Positions 9,600 through 19,693 of a stretch of DNA of 58,301 nucleotides are shown here, in pieces. The stretch comes from Candidatus Limnocylindrales bacterium. GTDB lineage: Bacteria; Moduliflexota; Moduliflexia; Moduliflexales; JAUQPW01. Below the pieces are notes generated by a model. That model had not been told where the DNA came from, did no database searches, and was given only the letters and a program-made list of their open reading frames with translations. Positions within the stretch are counted from its first letter, which is position 1. Each line of letters begins with the position of its first letter. The translations under genes and the position numbers were made by a program. Location: NCBI GenBank assembly GCA_035559535.1, contig DATMBG010000038.1, positions 1-58,301 on the forward strand, written 5' to 3'.

Positions 9600-11311
9600 C
9601 GAACCAGGAAATCGTTTCCATTTTAAACTTTATCGCAACAGCCCTCGAATTCCAGGGTGAAAATCCATTCAAAATCAAAGCCTATCAAAAGGCAGCCCGA
9701 AGTATTGAAGCTTTAACGACAGATGTGGCCTCTTTAGTGGAAAGGGGTGAACTCAGACAAATTGAGGGGATTGGAGAAGCCATCGAAAAGAAGATAACGG
9801 AATTGGTCAAGACAGGACGTCTGGAGTACTATGAAAAGTTAAAAGCCTCTATTCCGGAGGGGTTATTTGAACTTCTTAAAATTCCCCACTTAGGGCCTAA
9901 GAAACTAAAAATCCTCCATGAAAAACTCGGAATTACCACCCTGGGGGAATTGGAATATGCCTGCCATGAAAATAGACTCTTAGAGCTACCCGGGTTCGGT
10001 AAAAAAACACAACAGGCTATCCTGGAGGGTATTCAATTTGTTAAAAGTACCTGGGATCAGTTTCGTTTAGGGGAAGCTTTACCCACGGCCCTGGAACTTA
10101 AAAAACTTCTAAAGGATCGGGCTCCTGTAACCCAGATCAGTTTAACCGGAGGAATCCGCCGTTGGAAGGAAGTCATCAAAGATATTGATTTAGTTGTCAG
10201 CAGTTCAGAACCTGAAAGGGTTTTAGAAATTTTTATTCAATTCCCCCAGATAGGTCAGATTCTTTCTAGAGAACCCGGTCGATGCGTTGCCCGACTGGCC
10301 AACGGAATTCCTGTCGATTTAAACCTCGTCGATGAAGAGATTTATCCCTATTTTCTCTTTTATTCCACCGGTAGCAAGGATTTTCTAAAAGCCGTCCAGG
10401 ACCTGGTCGCTAAAAAGGGTCTGATCTTGAACGATCGGGGACTATTTAAGGAAGGGCAAAAACTAATTTGTCAAAGCGAGGAAGAAATCTTCTGGCACTT
10501 GGACCTGCCTTACATCCCGCCTGAATTAAGGGAAAATACCGGAGAGCTTGTTGCAGCCAGAGAAGGCCAGCTACCTTCTCTGATAGAAGAAAAGGATATC
10601 CGGGGCCTCCTCCATGTCCATACCCATTGGAGCGATGGTATTGCCTCTATCCAAGAAATGGCTGAAGCAGCCCAGGAGTACGGTTATGAATATATCGGGA
10701 TCTCGGATCACAGCAAAGCCGCCTTTTATGCCCATGGTCTTGATAAAGAAAGACTACTCAAACAATGGGAAGAAATCGACCGGGTCAATGAGGAACTCCA
10801 GGGAATCCAGGTTTTGAAGGGGATGGAAGTAGATATCCTGGCAGATGGAACCTTAGATCTGGAAGAGGCATTGCTGGCCCGATTAGACTTTGTGGTTGCG
10901 TCGGTTCACAGTCGCTTTAAAATGAACCGGGAGGAAATGACCCGACGGATTCTGAAAGCCATGGAAAATCCCTACGTAACCATCCTGGGTCATCCAACCG
11001 GAAGGCTTATTCTAAGTCGGGAGCCTTATCAAGTCGATATGGAGGCTCTGCTGGAAGGGGCTCGAAGAAATGGCGTGGCTATGGAACTCAATGCACACCC
11101 CCATCGTTTGGATCTTTACTGGCTCCATCTTAAAATGGCCATGGAAAAAGGGGTCAAAATCTCCATTAACCCAGACGCACATCAGGTGGAAGGCCTGAGC
11201 CATATGGTATATGGCATCGGTACCGCTCGAAGGGGTTGGGTTCCTAAAGAAGCAGTTTTGAATACATTTCCCTGGGAAGAATTTAAAAAGAAACTTAAAG
11301 GTACGACATAA
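9596..11311 (+). CDS. polX: DNA polymerase X / PHP 3'-5' exonuclease
   Basis: ENPFKIKAY, HhH motifs, KDIDL, PHP motifs HVHT, SDHS, GHPTGR and DAH. Confidence 0.95.
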   Translation: MTNQEIVSILNFIATALEFQGENPFKIKAYQKAARSIEALTTDVASLVERGELRQIEGIGEAIEKKITELVKTGRLEYYEKLKASIPEGLFELLKIPHLGPKKLKILHEKLGITTLGELEYACHENRLLELPGFGKKTQQAILEGIQFVKSTWDQFRLGEALPTALELKKLLKDRAPVTQISLTGGIRRWKEVIKDIDLVVSSSEPERVLEIFIQFPQIGQILSREPGRCVARLANGIPVDLNLVDEEIYPYFLFYSTGSKDFLKAVQDLVAKKGLILNDRGLFKEGQKLICQSEEEIFWHLDLPYIPPELRENTGELVAAREGQLPSLIEEKDIRGLLHVHTHWSDGIASIQEMAEAAQEYGYEYIGISDHSKAAFYAHGLDKERLLKQWEEIDRVNEELQGIQVLKGMEVDILADGTLDLEEALLARLDFVVASVHSRFKMNREEMTRRILKAMENPYVTILGHPTGRLILSREPYQVDMEALLEGARRNGVAMELNAHPHRLDLYWLHLKMAMEKGVKISINPDAHQVEGLSHMVYGIGTARRGWVPKEAVLNTFPWEEFKKKLKGTT

Positions 11312-11361
11312 TAAGCTGTGGATTCATGATTTTTTATGAAAAATAAAAAAGGAGTTCTCTT

Positions 11362-12384
11362 ATGAAACTAGATGCCAATACCATGTCCCTCGACTTACAA
11401 GATATTCCTGCTCAGGTAAAAGCCATTGAGCAGATGGGTTTTGATGCCGTATGGACGGCTGAGACCCAACACGATGCCTTTTTACCCCTGGTGCTGGCAG
11501 CAGAGCATACCCGGAACATCCAGATCGGTACGGCCATAGCCGTTGCTTTTGCTCGTAGCCCTGGAAATTTAGCTTATATAGCCTGGGATTTAGCAAAATA
11601 TTCCAGGGGACGTTTTATTCTCGGCTTAGGGAGTCAGGTCAAGGCCCATAATACCCGCCGCTTCGGTGCAACATGGGAAAAACCTGCGGCTAAGATGCGG
11701 GAGATTGTTTTAGCCATTCGGGCCTTATGGGAGTGCTGGCAGAATAGAACCCCATTGAATTTTAGAGGTGAGTTTTTCAATCTGAACCTGATGACTCCCT
11801 TTTTCGATCCAGGACCCCATGAGTATCCCAGAATCCCTATTTATATTGCCGGGGTAAATCCTCTCATGTGTCAGGTTGCTGGCGAGGTTTGCGATGGACT
11901 CCATGCCCATCCTCTGACCTCTGCGGATTATCTGCGTGAAGTGATTTTACCCAATGTTATGAAGGGCCTGGAAAAGTCTGGACGAACCCGGGAAGATATG
12001 ACCATCTGTTTAAGTTTCTTCGCCATTCCTACCGACGACCCTGATCGATCGGCCATTGAACAGATGGTTCGCCAGCAGATCGGTTTTTATGCTTCAACTC
12101 CGGCTTATAAAGGGGTCATGGAACTCCATGACTGGCAGGATGCACAGGCCCGATTAAGTAAACTCGCTCGCGAAGGGCGCTGGAAGGAAATTCCAGAGGC
12201 TATCACCGATGAAATGCTCCATGCGTTTGCAGTTATCGGTCCATGGACCGAGTTACCCACCCTCATTAAGAGGCGATACGGCGGTTTGGTCGATCGTGGG
12301 CGGTTTTATTTTCCCTTTATTCCAGGTGAAAAAGATCCTATCTGGCGTCAGGTTATCCAATCCTTTAAGAATAATACCCGTTAA
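11362..12384 (+). CDS. LLM-class (probably F420-dependent) oxidoreductase
   Basis: AETQHDAFLPL, IAVAFARSP, GRFILGLGSQVKAH, FYASTPAY. Confidence 0.85.
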   Translation: MKLDANTMSLDLQDIPAQVKAIEQMGFDAVWTAETQHDAFLPLVLAAEHTRNIQIGTAIAVAFARSPGNLAYIAWDLAKYSRGRFILGLGSQVKAHNTRRFGATWEKPAAKMREIVLAIRALWECWQNRTPLNFRGEFFNLNLMTPFFDPGPHEYPRIPIYIAGVNPLMCQVAGEVCDGLHAHPLTSADYLREVILPNVMKGLEKSGRTREDMTICLSFFAIPTDDPDRSAIEQMVRQQIGFYASTPAYKGVMELHDWQDAQARLSKLAREGRWKEIPEAITDEMLHAFAVIGPWTELPTLIKRRYGGLVDRGRFYFPFIPGEKDPIWRQVIQSFKNNTR

Positions 12385-12474
12385 AGGGAAGTCGTGTGTG
12401 GAAGTATGGGAGTATGGGGGTATAGCAGTATATACCTCCATACTTCCATACTCCCATACTCCCATACTTTCTAC

Positions 12475-14412
12475 CTACGAAGAGATTACCTCTTCACCGG
12501 GTATCCCTGTTATCTCGGCCTTCATCTGTTGCCAGGCCTGACGGGCTTCTCCGACTGAACCCTCATCTTCGATAGTTGTGATATCTCCCGGCTCCTTATC
12601 CAGGACCACTGCCTTGAGCACCCGGCGCATAATTTTGCCGCTACGGGTTTTGGGTAGCATGTTAACAAAATTGAGATCCCCTACAACGGCAACCGGACCC
12701 AATTCCCTTCGGATGGTTTCTAAAACCTCCTGGCGGAGTTGGGGGGAAGGTTCATAGCCGTGCTTAAGGACTACAAAGGCTGAGATGACTTCTCCACGAA
12801 CCGGATCCGGTCGACCGGTTACACCGGCTTCGGTGACGGCAGGGTGCTTCAGAATCGCACTTTCAACCTCAATGGTACCTATGCGATGGGCGGCGATCTT
12901 GATCACTTCGTCGGCCCGTCCGGCAAACCAGACATAACCATCTTCGTCGAGATGAGCCGAATCCCCGGTAAAGTAAACATTTTTATTCGGTATCCGTTTC
13001 CAATAATCTCGACCGTAGCGCTCGGGCTCTCCCCAGAGGGCCGGAGTTAAACTCGGGAAAGGTCGTTGAATAACCAGAATACCTTTTTCCCCGGGAGCAC
13101 ATAGCTCCCCCTCCGGGGTCATGACGGCTATTTCCATTCCGGGTAATGGAATGCCTGCCGATCCGGGTTTGATGGGAACCAGGGTAAGCCCATAGGGATT
13201 ACCGATGACCGGTCCGCCGGTTTCTGTCTGCCACCAGTGATCTATGACCGGGATTCGGTCGTTGAGGACTTGTTTTTGTAGCCATTCCCAGGCCGGAGCG
13301 TTCAATACCTCACCGGCACAAAATATACGTTCCAGGGAGGAAAGATCGGATTTACGAGAGGGGCCTTCGCCATAGCGCATCAAAAGCCGAACGGCGGTGG
13401 GGGAAGTGAAAATACCGGTTACTCCAAATTCCTCTATGATCTGCCAGGGTGTTTCCGGACCCGGATGATCCAAAGCCCCTTCATAAGCCAGGGTGGTGCA
13501 ACCGATCAACAGAGGCGCATATACAATATAGCTATGGCCAACAACCCAGCCAATATCCGAGGTAGACCACCACACATCGGTGGGTCTCATATTAAAACAC
13601 CAGCGGCCCATGCTGTAAATACCTACCGAATAGCCTCCATGGGTATGGACGGCCAGTTTCGGCTTTGCCGTAGTCCCCGAAGTAGCCAGGATATAAGCCG
13701 GTTCATTGGCCTCCATGGAAATATACCCTCCCGATTGATCGGCAGCCCGTGCCAGAAACTCTGACCAAAAAATATCACGTCCGGGGGTCATGGGGATATC
13801 GTCTCGGGTTCGATGCAGAACGATGACCTGCGTAACACTATGACCGGCCGTTTCGAGGGCCGAGTCTACAATCTCCTTAAGGTGAACATCCTTTCCCTTA
13901 CGGAAGGTAACATCCGCCGTAAAAACCAACCGTGAACCACTGGCTTGAATACGATCTATCAAGGCTCCGGCCCCAAAACCCGCAAAAACCACAGAGTGAA
14001 TGGCACCGATTCGGACTGTGGCCAACATAAGCATAACCGCTTCGGGACAGAGGGGCATGTAAATGGTAATGCGATCCCCCTTCTGAATCCCCATGCCCCT
14101 GAGGGCCGCGGCGATACGTTCGACTTCATGGCGGAGTTGGGCGTAGGTAAAAAGACGACGCTCCCCCCGCTCGTTGATATAAATCAGGGCCGTGTGTCCC
14201 CCCCAACCCCGGTTGATATGGTAATCTAAACAATTGTAAGCTAAATTGGTCTGGGCACCCAAGAACCAGCGAAAGGTAGGAAAATTCCACTCAAAGACCC
14301 GGTCCCACTTGCGAAACCAGGGTAGTTGCTCAGCTGCCCGGGCCCAGAATCCTTCAGGATCTAACGTTGCCTCCCGACGCCAGCGTTGAGCGATTGGATT
14401 AATCAGCTCCAT
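12475..14412 (-). CDS. acs: acetate--CoA ligase family AMP-forming acyl-CoA synthetase
   Basis: TSGTTAKPK, DIGWVVGHSY, WWQTETGG, LPKTRSGKIMRR. Confidence 0.9.
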   Translation of the reverse strand: MELINPIAQRWRREATLDPEGFWARAAEQLPWFRKWDRVFEWNFPTFRWFLGAQTNLAYNCLDYHINRGWGGHTALIYINERGERRLFTYAQLRHEVERIAAALRGMGIQKGDRITIYMPLCPEAVMLMLATVRIGAIHSVVFAGFGAGALIDRIQASGSRLVFTADVTFRKGKDVHLKEIVDSALETAGHSVTQVIVLHRTRDDIPMTPGRDIFWSEFLARAADQSGGYISMEANEPAYILATSGTTAKPKLAVHTHGGYSVGIYSMGRWCFNMRPTDVWWSTSDIGWVVGHSYIVYAPLLIGCTTLAYEGALDHPGPETPWQIIEEFGVTGIFTSPTAVRLLMRYGEGPSRKSDLSSLERIFCAGEVLNAPAWEWLQKQVLNDRIPVIDHWWQTETGGPVIGNPYGLTLVPIKPGSAGIPLPGMEIAVMTPEGELCAPGEKGILVIQRPFPSLTPALWGEPERYGRDYWKRIPNKNVYFTGDSAHLDEDGYVWFAGRADEVIKIAAHRIGTIEVESAILKHPAVTEAGVTGRPDPVRGEVISAFVVLKHGYEPSPQLRQEVLETIRRELGPVAVVGDLNFVNMLPKTRSGKIMRRVLKAVVLDKEPGDITTIEDEGSVGEARQAWQQMKAEITGIPGEEVISS

Positions 14413-14577
14413 GACTATACCTCCTTAAGGTAAGGTTATGAAAAAATTTAATTGAAATCTTTCAAGCGGTGAAAAGGACCGGATTATTAAATATAAGAAT
14501 CGGGAAGGTAAGTCAACAACTTTCTCGCAAGATAGGATAGATGAAAAATCAGAGCACGCATCAATACGTTACGTCAT

Positions 14578-14604
14578 GTAGGGCGAAATATGGTTTCGCC
14601 CTAC
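14578..14604. repeat. GTAG-type REP-like palindrome
   Basis: GTAGGGCGAAA-TATGG-TTTCGCCCTAC. Confidence 0.7.
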
Positions 14605-14662
14605 GACTCCAGGAACTACCCGGCCATCCGGCATTTGGAAATTCCTTCAAAATACCTCCGGA

Positions 14663-15169
14663 TTAGCGATTCTGCTCCGTTCCGGTTTCTGTTCCCGTAG
14701 AAGATTCCTCTTTTTTAGGTTCTCCTCCTTTCATACTTTCTCCTTCCTTCGCTTTCATTCTCTTAGCCTGAAGAATCCTCACCGAAGTGGCAACTTTTTG
14801 GCCACCTTCCTCCCGGTACCATACCATGACGTGCTCACCAGATTTAATATCTGCCGTGGTTTTTACCTCTCTACCTCCCCGAATCTTGGTCTTATCATTA
14901 ACAACTACAGATATCTCCTCCGGAGTCGTACTGGATGTCCCTTTTTCTAAAGTCAGTTTAAGGGTATTATCCGTCATTTCTTTAACCATTCCGTAAACTC
15001 GAGTCCCGGGAGCTCTTCGAGATTTGGAAGGGGCTTTTTTCTCAGAAGTCGAAGGTTTTGTTTCTGAAGTTGAAGGTTGGGACATACCCGGTTGCTCTTC
15101 TGCAGCATAGCTGATTCCTACAGAAAGGAAGGTTAACACTAAAATAAGGGTCAATAATTTTTTAACCAT
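14663..15169 (-). CDS. exported small beta-barrel-like protein with low-complexity tails
   Basis: Start MVKKLL after SD GGAGGAG; signal peptide; G.V.E...V+DKTKI...DIKSGEHV.V.Y...KVA.SV pattern (DUF5666-like by eye). Confidence 0.65.
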   Translation of the reverse strand: MVKKLLTLILVLTFLSVGISYAAEEQPGMSQPSTSETKPSTSEKKAPSKSRRAPGTRVYGMVKEMTDNTLKLTLEKGTSSTTPEEISVVVNDKTKIRGGREVKTTADIKSGEHVMVWYREEGGQKVATSVRILQAKRMKAKEGESMKGGEPKKEESSTGTETGTEQNR

Positions 15170-15882
15170 GGGCTCCTCCTTTTCATTTAAACAAAAAATC
15201 ACCCTTTCAGGAGATTTTTCTTTATTTGAAAAATAGAATTGAGCTGTTCTAAAATAAAATAGGCTTCCTTCCAAATAGATACTAGTTAATTTTATTGCTA
15301 ATTTTTTAATACAGACTAAAAGTTGGAGGATTAAAATCAAGCTTTTACAAGGGTCTTAGAAATTAGAAAGTAGAAGAATAGAAACCATCCCAGCCAATGT
15401 GGCAGGGTTTTATAAAAGACTTTTAAATACCCGGTCAATGTGACCGAATTTCAATGACTCCCTAAAGGTAGCTACGTCATCCCGACAGGATTAAAGTCTT
15501 AACTTTCCCTCTGTAGAGCCAGGGTATTAAGTTAGACAGATTCGGAGAGACGCGGGCCTTGCGCTTATTCTCTAACTGTCAGAACCTGTCCTGAATCCCT
15601 GGATAAAACCCAGGACAGGCCTGTCGAAAAGGGCCTTATAAAACAGGGTACCCTTACAGGGTTTTAAGGATTTTTAGGACTTTGTGGCTGTCAACAAGCT
15701 GTTCTTACGGGATTTTAACCCTTAATATCTTATTGCCCGGTAGCGGAGTGAATAGCCTTTGTAATAAGTTAAATAAAGCTACCGTAGAGTTATTTTATTA
15801 GAAAAATCATCTGGAAAGAAAAAGTAATTTCAGGTGAGAACATACGTTGCATATGTTTGTCATATTCTATAAAGATGGATCT

Positions 15883-16239
15883 ATGAACAGAAATCTAAAC
15901 AAAAAGAAGGTATTGGAAGGAGGGATCATTGCTTTTCTCGGATGGTTACTTTCTCCCCTTTCCTGGTGGAACGATGCCTTTGTAAATATCCCTATTGCCT
16001 GGTTCGTTGCCAGTATCGTGAAAGTATTCTTCCCAACGATGTTTTTACCGGCTTTTCTGGTGGCCTACTGGGCCACAAATTTCTTAGGTCTGTGGTTAAT
16101 GTATTACGGTACGAAGCGGGCACAGTCGAAGAGACTCTCTTCTAAAGAAATCTGGACCTCTTTGATCTGTTCCATTTTATATATGCTCATTATTATCCTT
16201 CTCATTAAGCTAGATATCCTTAGACCCATTCCTTTGTAA
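15883..16239 (+). CDS. small hypothetical membrane protein
   Basis: Hydrophobic segments, LLSPLSWWND motif; start uncertain (15847 or 15883). Confidence 0.6.
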   Translation: MNRNLNKKKVLEGGIIAFLGWLLSPLSWWNDAFVNIPIAWFVASIVKVFFPTMFLPAFLVAYWATNFLGLWLMYYGTKRAQSKRLSSKEIWTSLICSILYMLIIILLIKLDILRPIPL

Positions 16240-16256
16240 GGGGTTTTCATAAATCT

Positions 16257-16625
16257 ATGGGCAAAGAAACCATTCTTATCATAGATAGTGATCTGATGAT
16301 TCTCTCCGGAATATCCAAGCTTTTAGAGCGGGAGGGATATCAGGCCTTAACCGCATCCAACGGTTCTGAAGGTATTAAGGTAATTAAGGAAAAACGAATC
16401 GATCTTATTATTCTGGATGGAAATTTACTGGAGCTGGAAGAAATAAAAAAACGGAGGGTAAGAAGACGGGTCCAAAATCTTCCGGCCATCATTATGAGAC
16501 CTCGGGTTGATACCGAGAAACCGAATTCTGCCTCTGTCTTTAAGTCCATTGAATATCTGAATAAGCCTTTCAAGGCAGAAGAGTTGATGACCGTAGTAAA
16601 AAGATTTCTTCAACGTTCTACATGA
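16257..16625 (+). CDS. stand-alone receiver-domain protein (atypical)
   Basis: CheY-like fold: ILIID, DLIILD, YLNKPF. Confidence 0.8.
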   Translation: MGKETILIIDSDLMILSGISKLLEREGYQALTASNGSEGIKVIKEKRIDLIILDGNLLELEEIKKRRVRRRVQNLPAIIMRPRVDTEKPNSASVFKSIEYLNKPFKAEELMTVVKRFLQRST

Positions 16626-17863
16626 CTGTTTTTAAAGCTCTTTTTGTTTTTATTCTGACTTACGTTCTCATCTCGACCCGAGAAGTCCCCGGAATTAAGC
16701 TGGATCGTCCGGCTGGAGCCTTATTAGGTGCTGTTCTGATGGTTCTCTTGAAGGTCATGACGCTGGAAGAAGCCTATCGCTCCATCGACTTTAATACCAT
16801 TACGCTGCTACTGGGGATGATGATCCTCATTGCTTACCTTCGTATGGCCGGGTTTTTCCGATTTCTCTCCTATTGGCTTTTAAGCCACGCTAAGAGCCCT
16901 TTTCACCTGTTAATCTCCCTGGTGTTCCTTTCCGGAATTCTGTCAGCCCTGTTTGTTAATGATACCATCTGTATCATGTTGACCCCCCTTCTTTTAACCA
17001 TCACTTTGATTGCCCGGCTTAATCCGGTCCCTTTTTTAATTGCTCTGGCCACCTCGGCCAATATTGGAAGTGTGATGACCCTTACGGGAAATCCTCAAAA
17101 TATGCTCATCGGAGTCTTTTCAGGCTGGCATTATGGAAAGTTTATTCTTTACATGCTGCCTGTAGGGCTCATAAGCCTTTTAATTAACGTTTTGGTTATC
17201 GCCTTTATGTTCAGAAAGGAAATTCGATGGGATGCCTTCGAGGAATTGCATTTAATTTCCCCTCGGGTGAGTCCAAGACTTTTGGCTAAATCCCTGCTGG
17301 TTTCTACATTGGTATTGGTTGGATTTCTGGCTGGCTTTGAGCTTCCCCTGGTAGCCATTGTAGGAGGGGTTGCCATCATCATTTTAGCGAATAAACGTCC
17401 CACTCTGGCTTTTAGACAGGTGGATTGGGTTCTTCTTTTATTCTTTTCCGGGCTGTTCGTGGTGGTGGAAGGGGTCAATAAAGTTGGCCTTGTGGAGATA
17501 ATTCATGAAAAGATTCGTCCCCTCTTTGGAACTTCCTCGACCTGGCAGATCATCAGCTTCAGTTTTTTTTCTATACTTTTATCCAACCTGGTTTCCAACG
17601 TCCCCTTCGTTATGCTGGCTAAAGATTGGATCGGTAAGTTTATGAATCCTCAACTCATGTGGCTGGTTTTAGCCATGAGCAGTACATTTGCCGGAAATCT
17701 AACCATTGTCGGATCTGTGGCCAATATGATCGTGCTCGAACTTTCTAAAAACGTTGCCCCTATCGGCTTTTGGGAATATTTCAGAGTGGGCTTTCCGGTT
17801 ACGCTACTTTCCACACTGGCCGGTATTCTGATTTTTATTTTGTATAGCCGGTATCTTTTCTGA
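16622..17863 (+). CDS. anion permease (ArsB/NhaD/YbiR-like)
   Basis: SALFVND, SANIGSVMTLTGNPQN, SNLVSNVP, AGNLTIVGSVAN. Confidence 0.88.
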   Translation: MTVFKALFVFILTYVLISTREVPGIKLDRPAGALLGAVLMVLLKVMTLEEAYRSIDFNTITLLLGMMILIAYLRMAGFFRFLSYWLLSHAKSPFHLLISLVFLSGILSALFVNDTICIMLTPLLLTITLIARLNPVPFLIALATSANIGSVMTLTGNPQNMLIGVFSGWHYGKFILYMLPVGLISLLINVLVIAFMFRKEIRWDAFEELHLISPRVSPRLLAKSLLVSTLVLVGFLAGFELPLVAIVGGVAIIILANKRPTLAFRQVDWVLLLFFSGLFVVVEGVNKVGLVEIIHEKIRPLFGTSSTWQIISFSFFSILLSNLVSNVPFVMLAKDWIGKFMNPQLMWLVLAMSSTFAGNLTIVGSVANMIVLELSKNVAPIGFWEYFRVGFPVTLLSTLAGILIFILYSRYLF

Positions 17864-17932
17864 TTTACCCATTATCCGATGTCTGGAGTTATAGAAATAA
17901 CGGCGTGTCGGCGGCCGGCCCTACCTGACCGA

Positions 17933-18718
17933 TCATGGACATAGCTCTTTAATTTTGGCTCGGATATCTGGACTTTTCATCAAACTTTCTCCCACCAGAA
18001 TCCCATGGACCCCCGCCGCCTTCAAAGCCAAAACATCCTCCCGACGGTGAATTCCACTTTCACTTACGATGATGCGATCTTGAGGAATATGGGGTAGAAG
18101 GGTAAAGGTTGTTGCCAAATCCGTATAAAAGGTGTTGAGATCCCGGTTATTGATTCCAAGGATAGGAGCTTCCAGAGGAAGTACCCGGTCCAGCTCCGCT
18201 CGGGTATGGATTTCAACCAGACAATCCAGGGCAAGGTCTCCGGCCAAAGCCAGAAAATCCTTTAATTGATTATCTTCCAACAGGGCCACAATAAGCAAAA
18301 TGGCACTGGCTCCAAAGGCCTTCGCTTCATAAATCTGATAACTATCGAAGATGAAGTCCTTACGGAGGAGGGGAAGATGAACGGTTTCGTGGATCTGTTT
18401 AAGGTATTCCAGGTCTCCTTGGAAAAAATGCCGGTCTGTCAAGACGGAGATGGCATCGGCCCCACTTTCTTCATAAAGTTTAGCAATCTCAATGGGATTA
18501 AAATCAGCCCGAATGATCCCCTGGGAAGGGGAAGCTTTCTTAACCTCGGCAATTAAATGAATATGGGCCGAAGGTCGAAGAGCCGCTCTAAAATTAGAAC
18601 TTTTATCAACGGCCCTGGCCAGCTCTTTAAGATGGGCCAGGGGAACTTCCTTTTTCCTTTGTTCTAATTCCCTCTTTTTATAGGTAACAATTTTATGTAG
18701 AATAGATGGAACGGTCAT
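17933..18718 (-). CDS. trpC: indole-3-glycerol phosphate synthase
   Basis: IAEVKKASPS, LRKDF, GINNRDL, VSESGI. Confidence 0.96.
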   Translation of the reverse strand: MTVPSILHKIVTYKKRELEQRKKEVPLAHLKELARAVDKSSNFRAALRPSAHIHLIAEVKKASPSQGIIRADFNPIEIAKLYEESGADAISVLTDRHFFQGDLEYLKQIHETVHLPLLRKDFIFDSYQIYEAKAFGASAILLIVALLEDNQLKDFLALAGDLALDCLVEIHTRAELDRVLPLEAPILGINNRDLNTFYTDLATTFTLLPHIPQDRIIVSESGIHRREDVLALKAAGVHGILVGESLMKSPDIRAKIKELCP

Positions 18719-18788
18719 TTACAGTCGACATGGATGGTAGACCGTAAAGGAAATCCTTGGGTTCCTCTACCGTCCGGAGCTCACTTTC

Positions 18789-19577
18789 CTAATTTTTTAA
18801 TTCCCGGATAAATTTTTTTATACCCTCGATTTTCTCCCCTTCAGGCAATTGATTATACAAATTAATCAAGGCACTCCCGACCACTGCAATCTCGGCATGG
18901 GGGGCCAGGGCCTGTATATGCTCTTTCTTGGAAATCCCGAATCCTACGGCTAAAGGGAGGTGGATCAACTGCCTGACTCGTTTCAGGTAATCCATCAATT
19001 CTGGGGCCAGTTCGGCTCTTGCTCCTGTGATTCCATAACGAGATACAGCATAAACAAATCCCCTGGCATAGTTGGCCAGCATCTTAAGCCGTTTCTCTGT
19101 ACTGGCCGGAGAGACCACGATAATTGGGGCCAGGCCGTATTGGTTACAGGCTTCGTAATAATGTTCTTCCGACTCCTCATCCGGGGGAATATCCGGTACG
19201 ATTAAACCCTGAGCCCCGGCTTTGGCCGCATCCTGACAGAACTTTTCAACGCCATAATTAAATATCAGATTATAATATCCCATGAAAAGCAGGGGAGCCT
19301 CCATCTCACCGGACAATTGGGACATCACCCGCAGACAATCTCGCATTTTCGTTCCTTGGTCTAAGGAAACCTTGTTCGCTATCAAAATAGTAGGTCCGTC
19401 CGCAACCGGATCTGAAAAAGGCATCTGAAGCTCGATCAGATCTGCGCCCGTTTCCTCCATGGCTTTAACCAGGCGAATCGTCTCCTCAAGCCTTGGATAT
19501 CCCACTACCACATGGGTCATAAGCCCCAATTTACGTTTCTGCCGGAGGGTTTCAAGGGTCTGTAAAAGTTTCCTCAT
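18789..19577 (-). CDS. trpA: tryptophan synthase alpha
   Basis: PFSDPVADGPTI, GITG, VGFGIS. Confidence 0.96.
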   Translation of the reverse strand: MRKLLQTLETLRQKRKLGLMTHVVVGYPRLEETIRLVKAMEETGADLIELQMPFSDPVADGPTILIANKVSLDQGTKMRDCLRVMSQLSGEMEAPLLFMGYYNLIFNYGVEKFCQDAAKAGAQGLIVPDIPPDEESEEHYYEACNQYGLAPIIVVSPASTEKRLKMLANYARGFVYAVSRYGITGARAELAPELMDYLKRVRQLIHLPLAVGFGISKKEHIQALAPHAEIAVVGSALINLYNQLPEGEKIEGIKKFIRELKN

Positions 19578-19693
19578 TTTGTCCGTTGCCTGTTGTCCGT
19601 TGTAAAGTCTGAAGTCATCCTTTGAATCTTTACCCGCAAAGACCTTTCACCGTTACTTTCCATCCAAAAACAACGAACAACAGATAACTCATT

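Noticed and set aside
9596-11311. PolX as an inactive variant or defence component
   Set aside because: The DxD and PHP metal ligands look intact and the context is housekeeping.
12209-12541. Short ORFs 12209..12541 and 12253..12465
   Set aside because: They overlap real genes and the repeat cassette; no protein-like signal.
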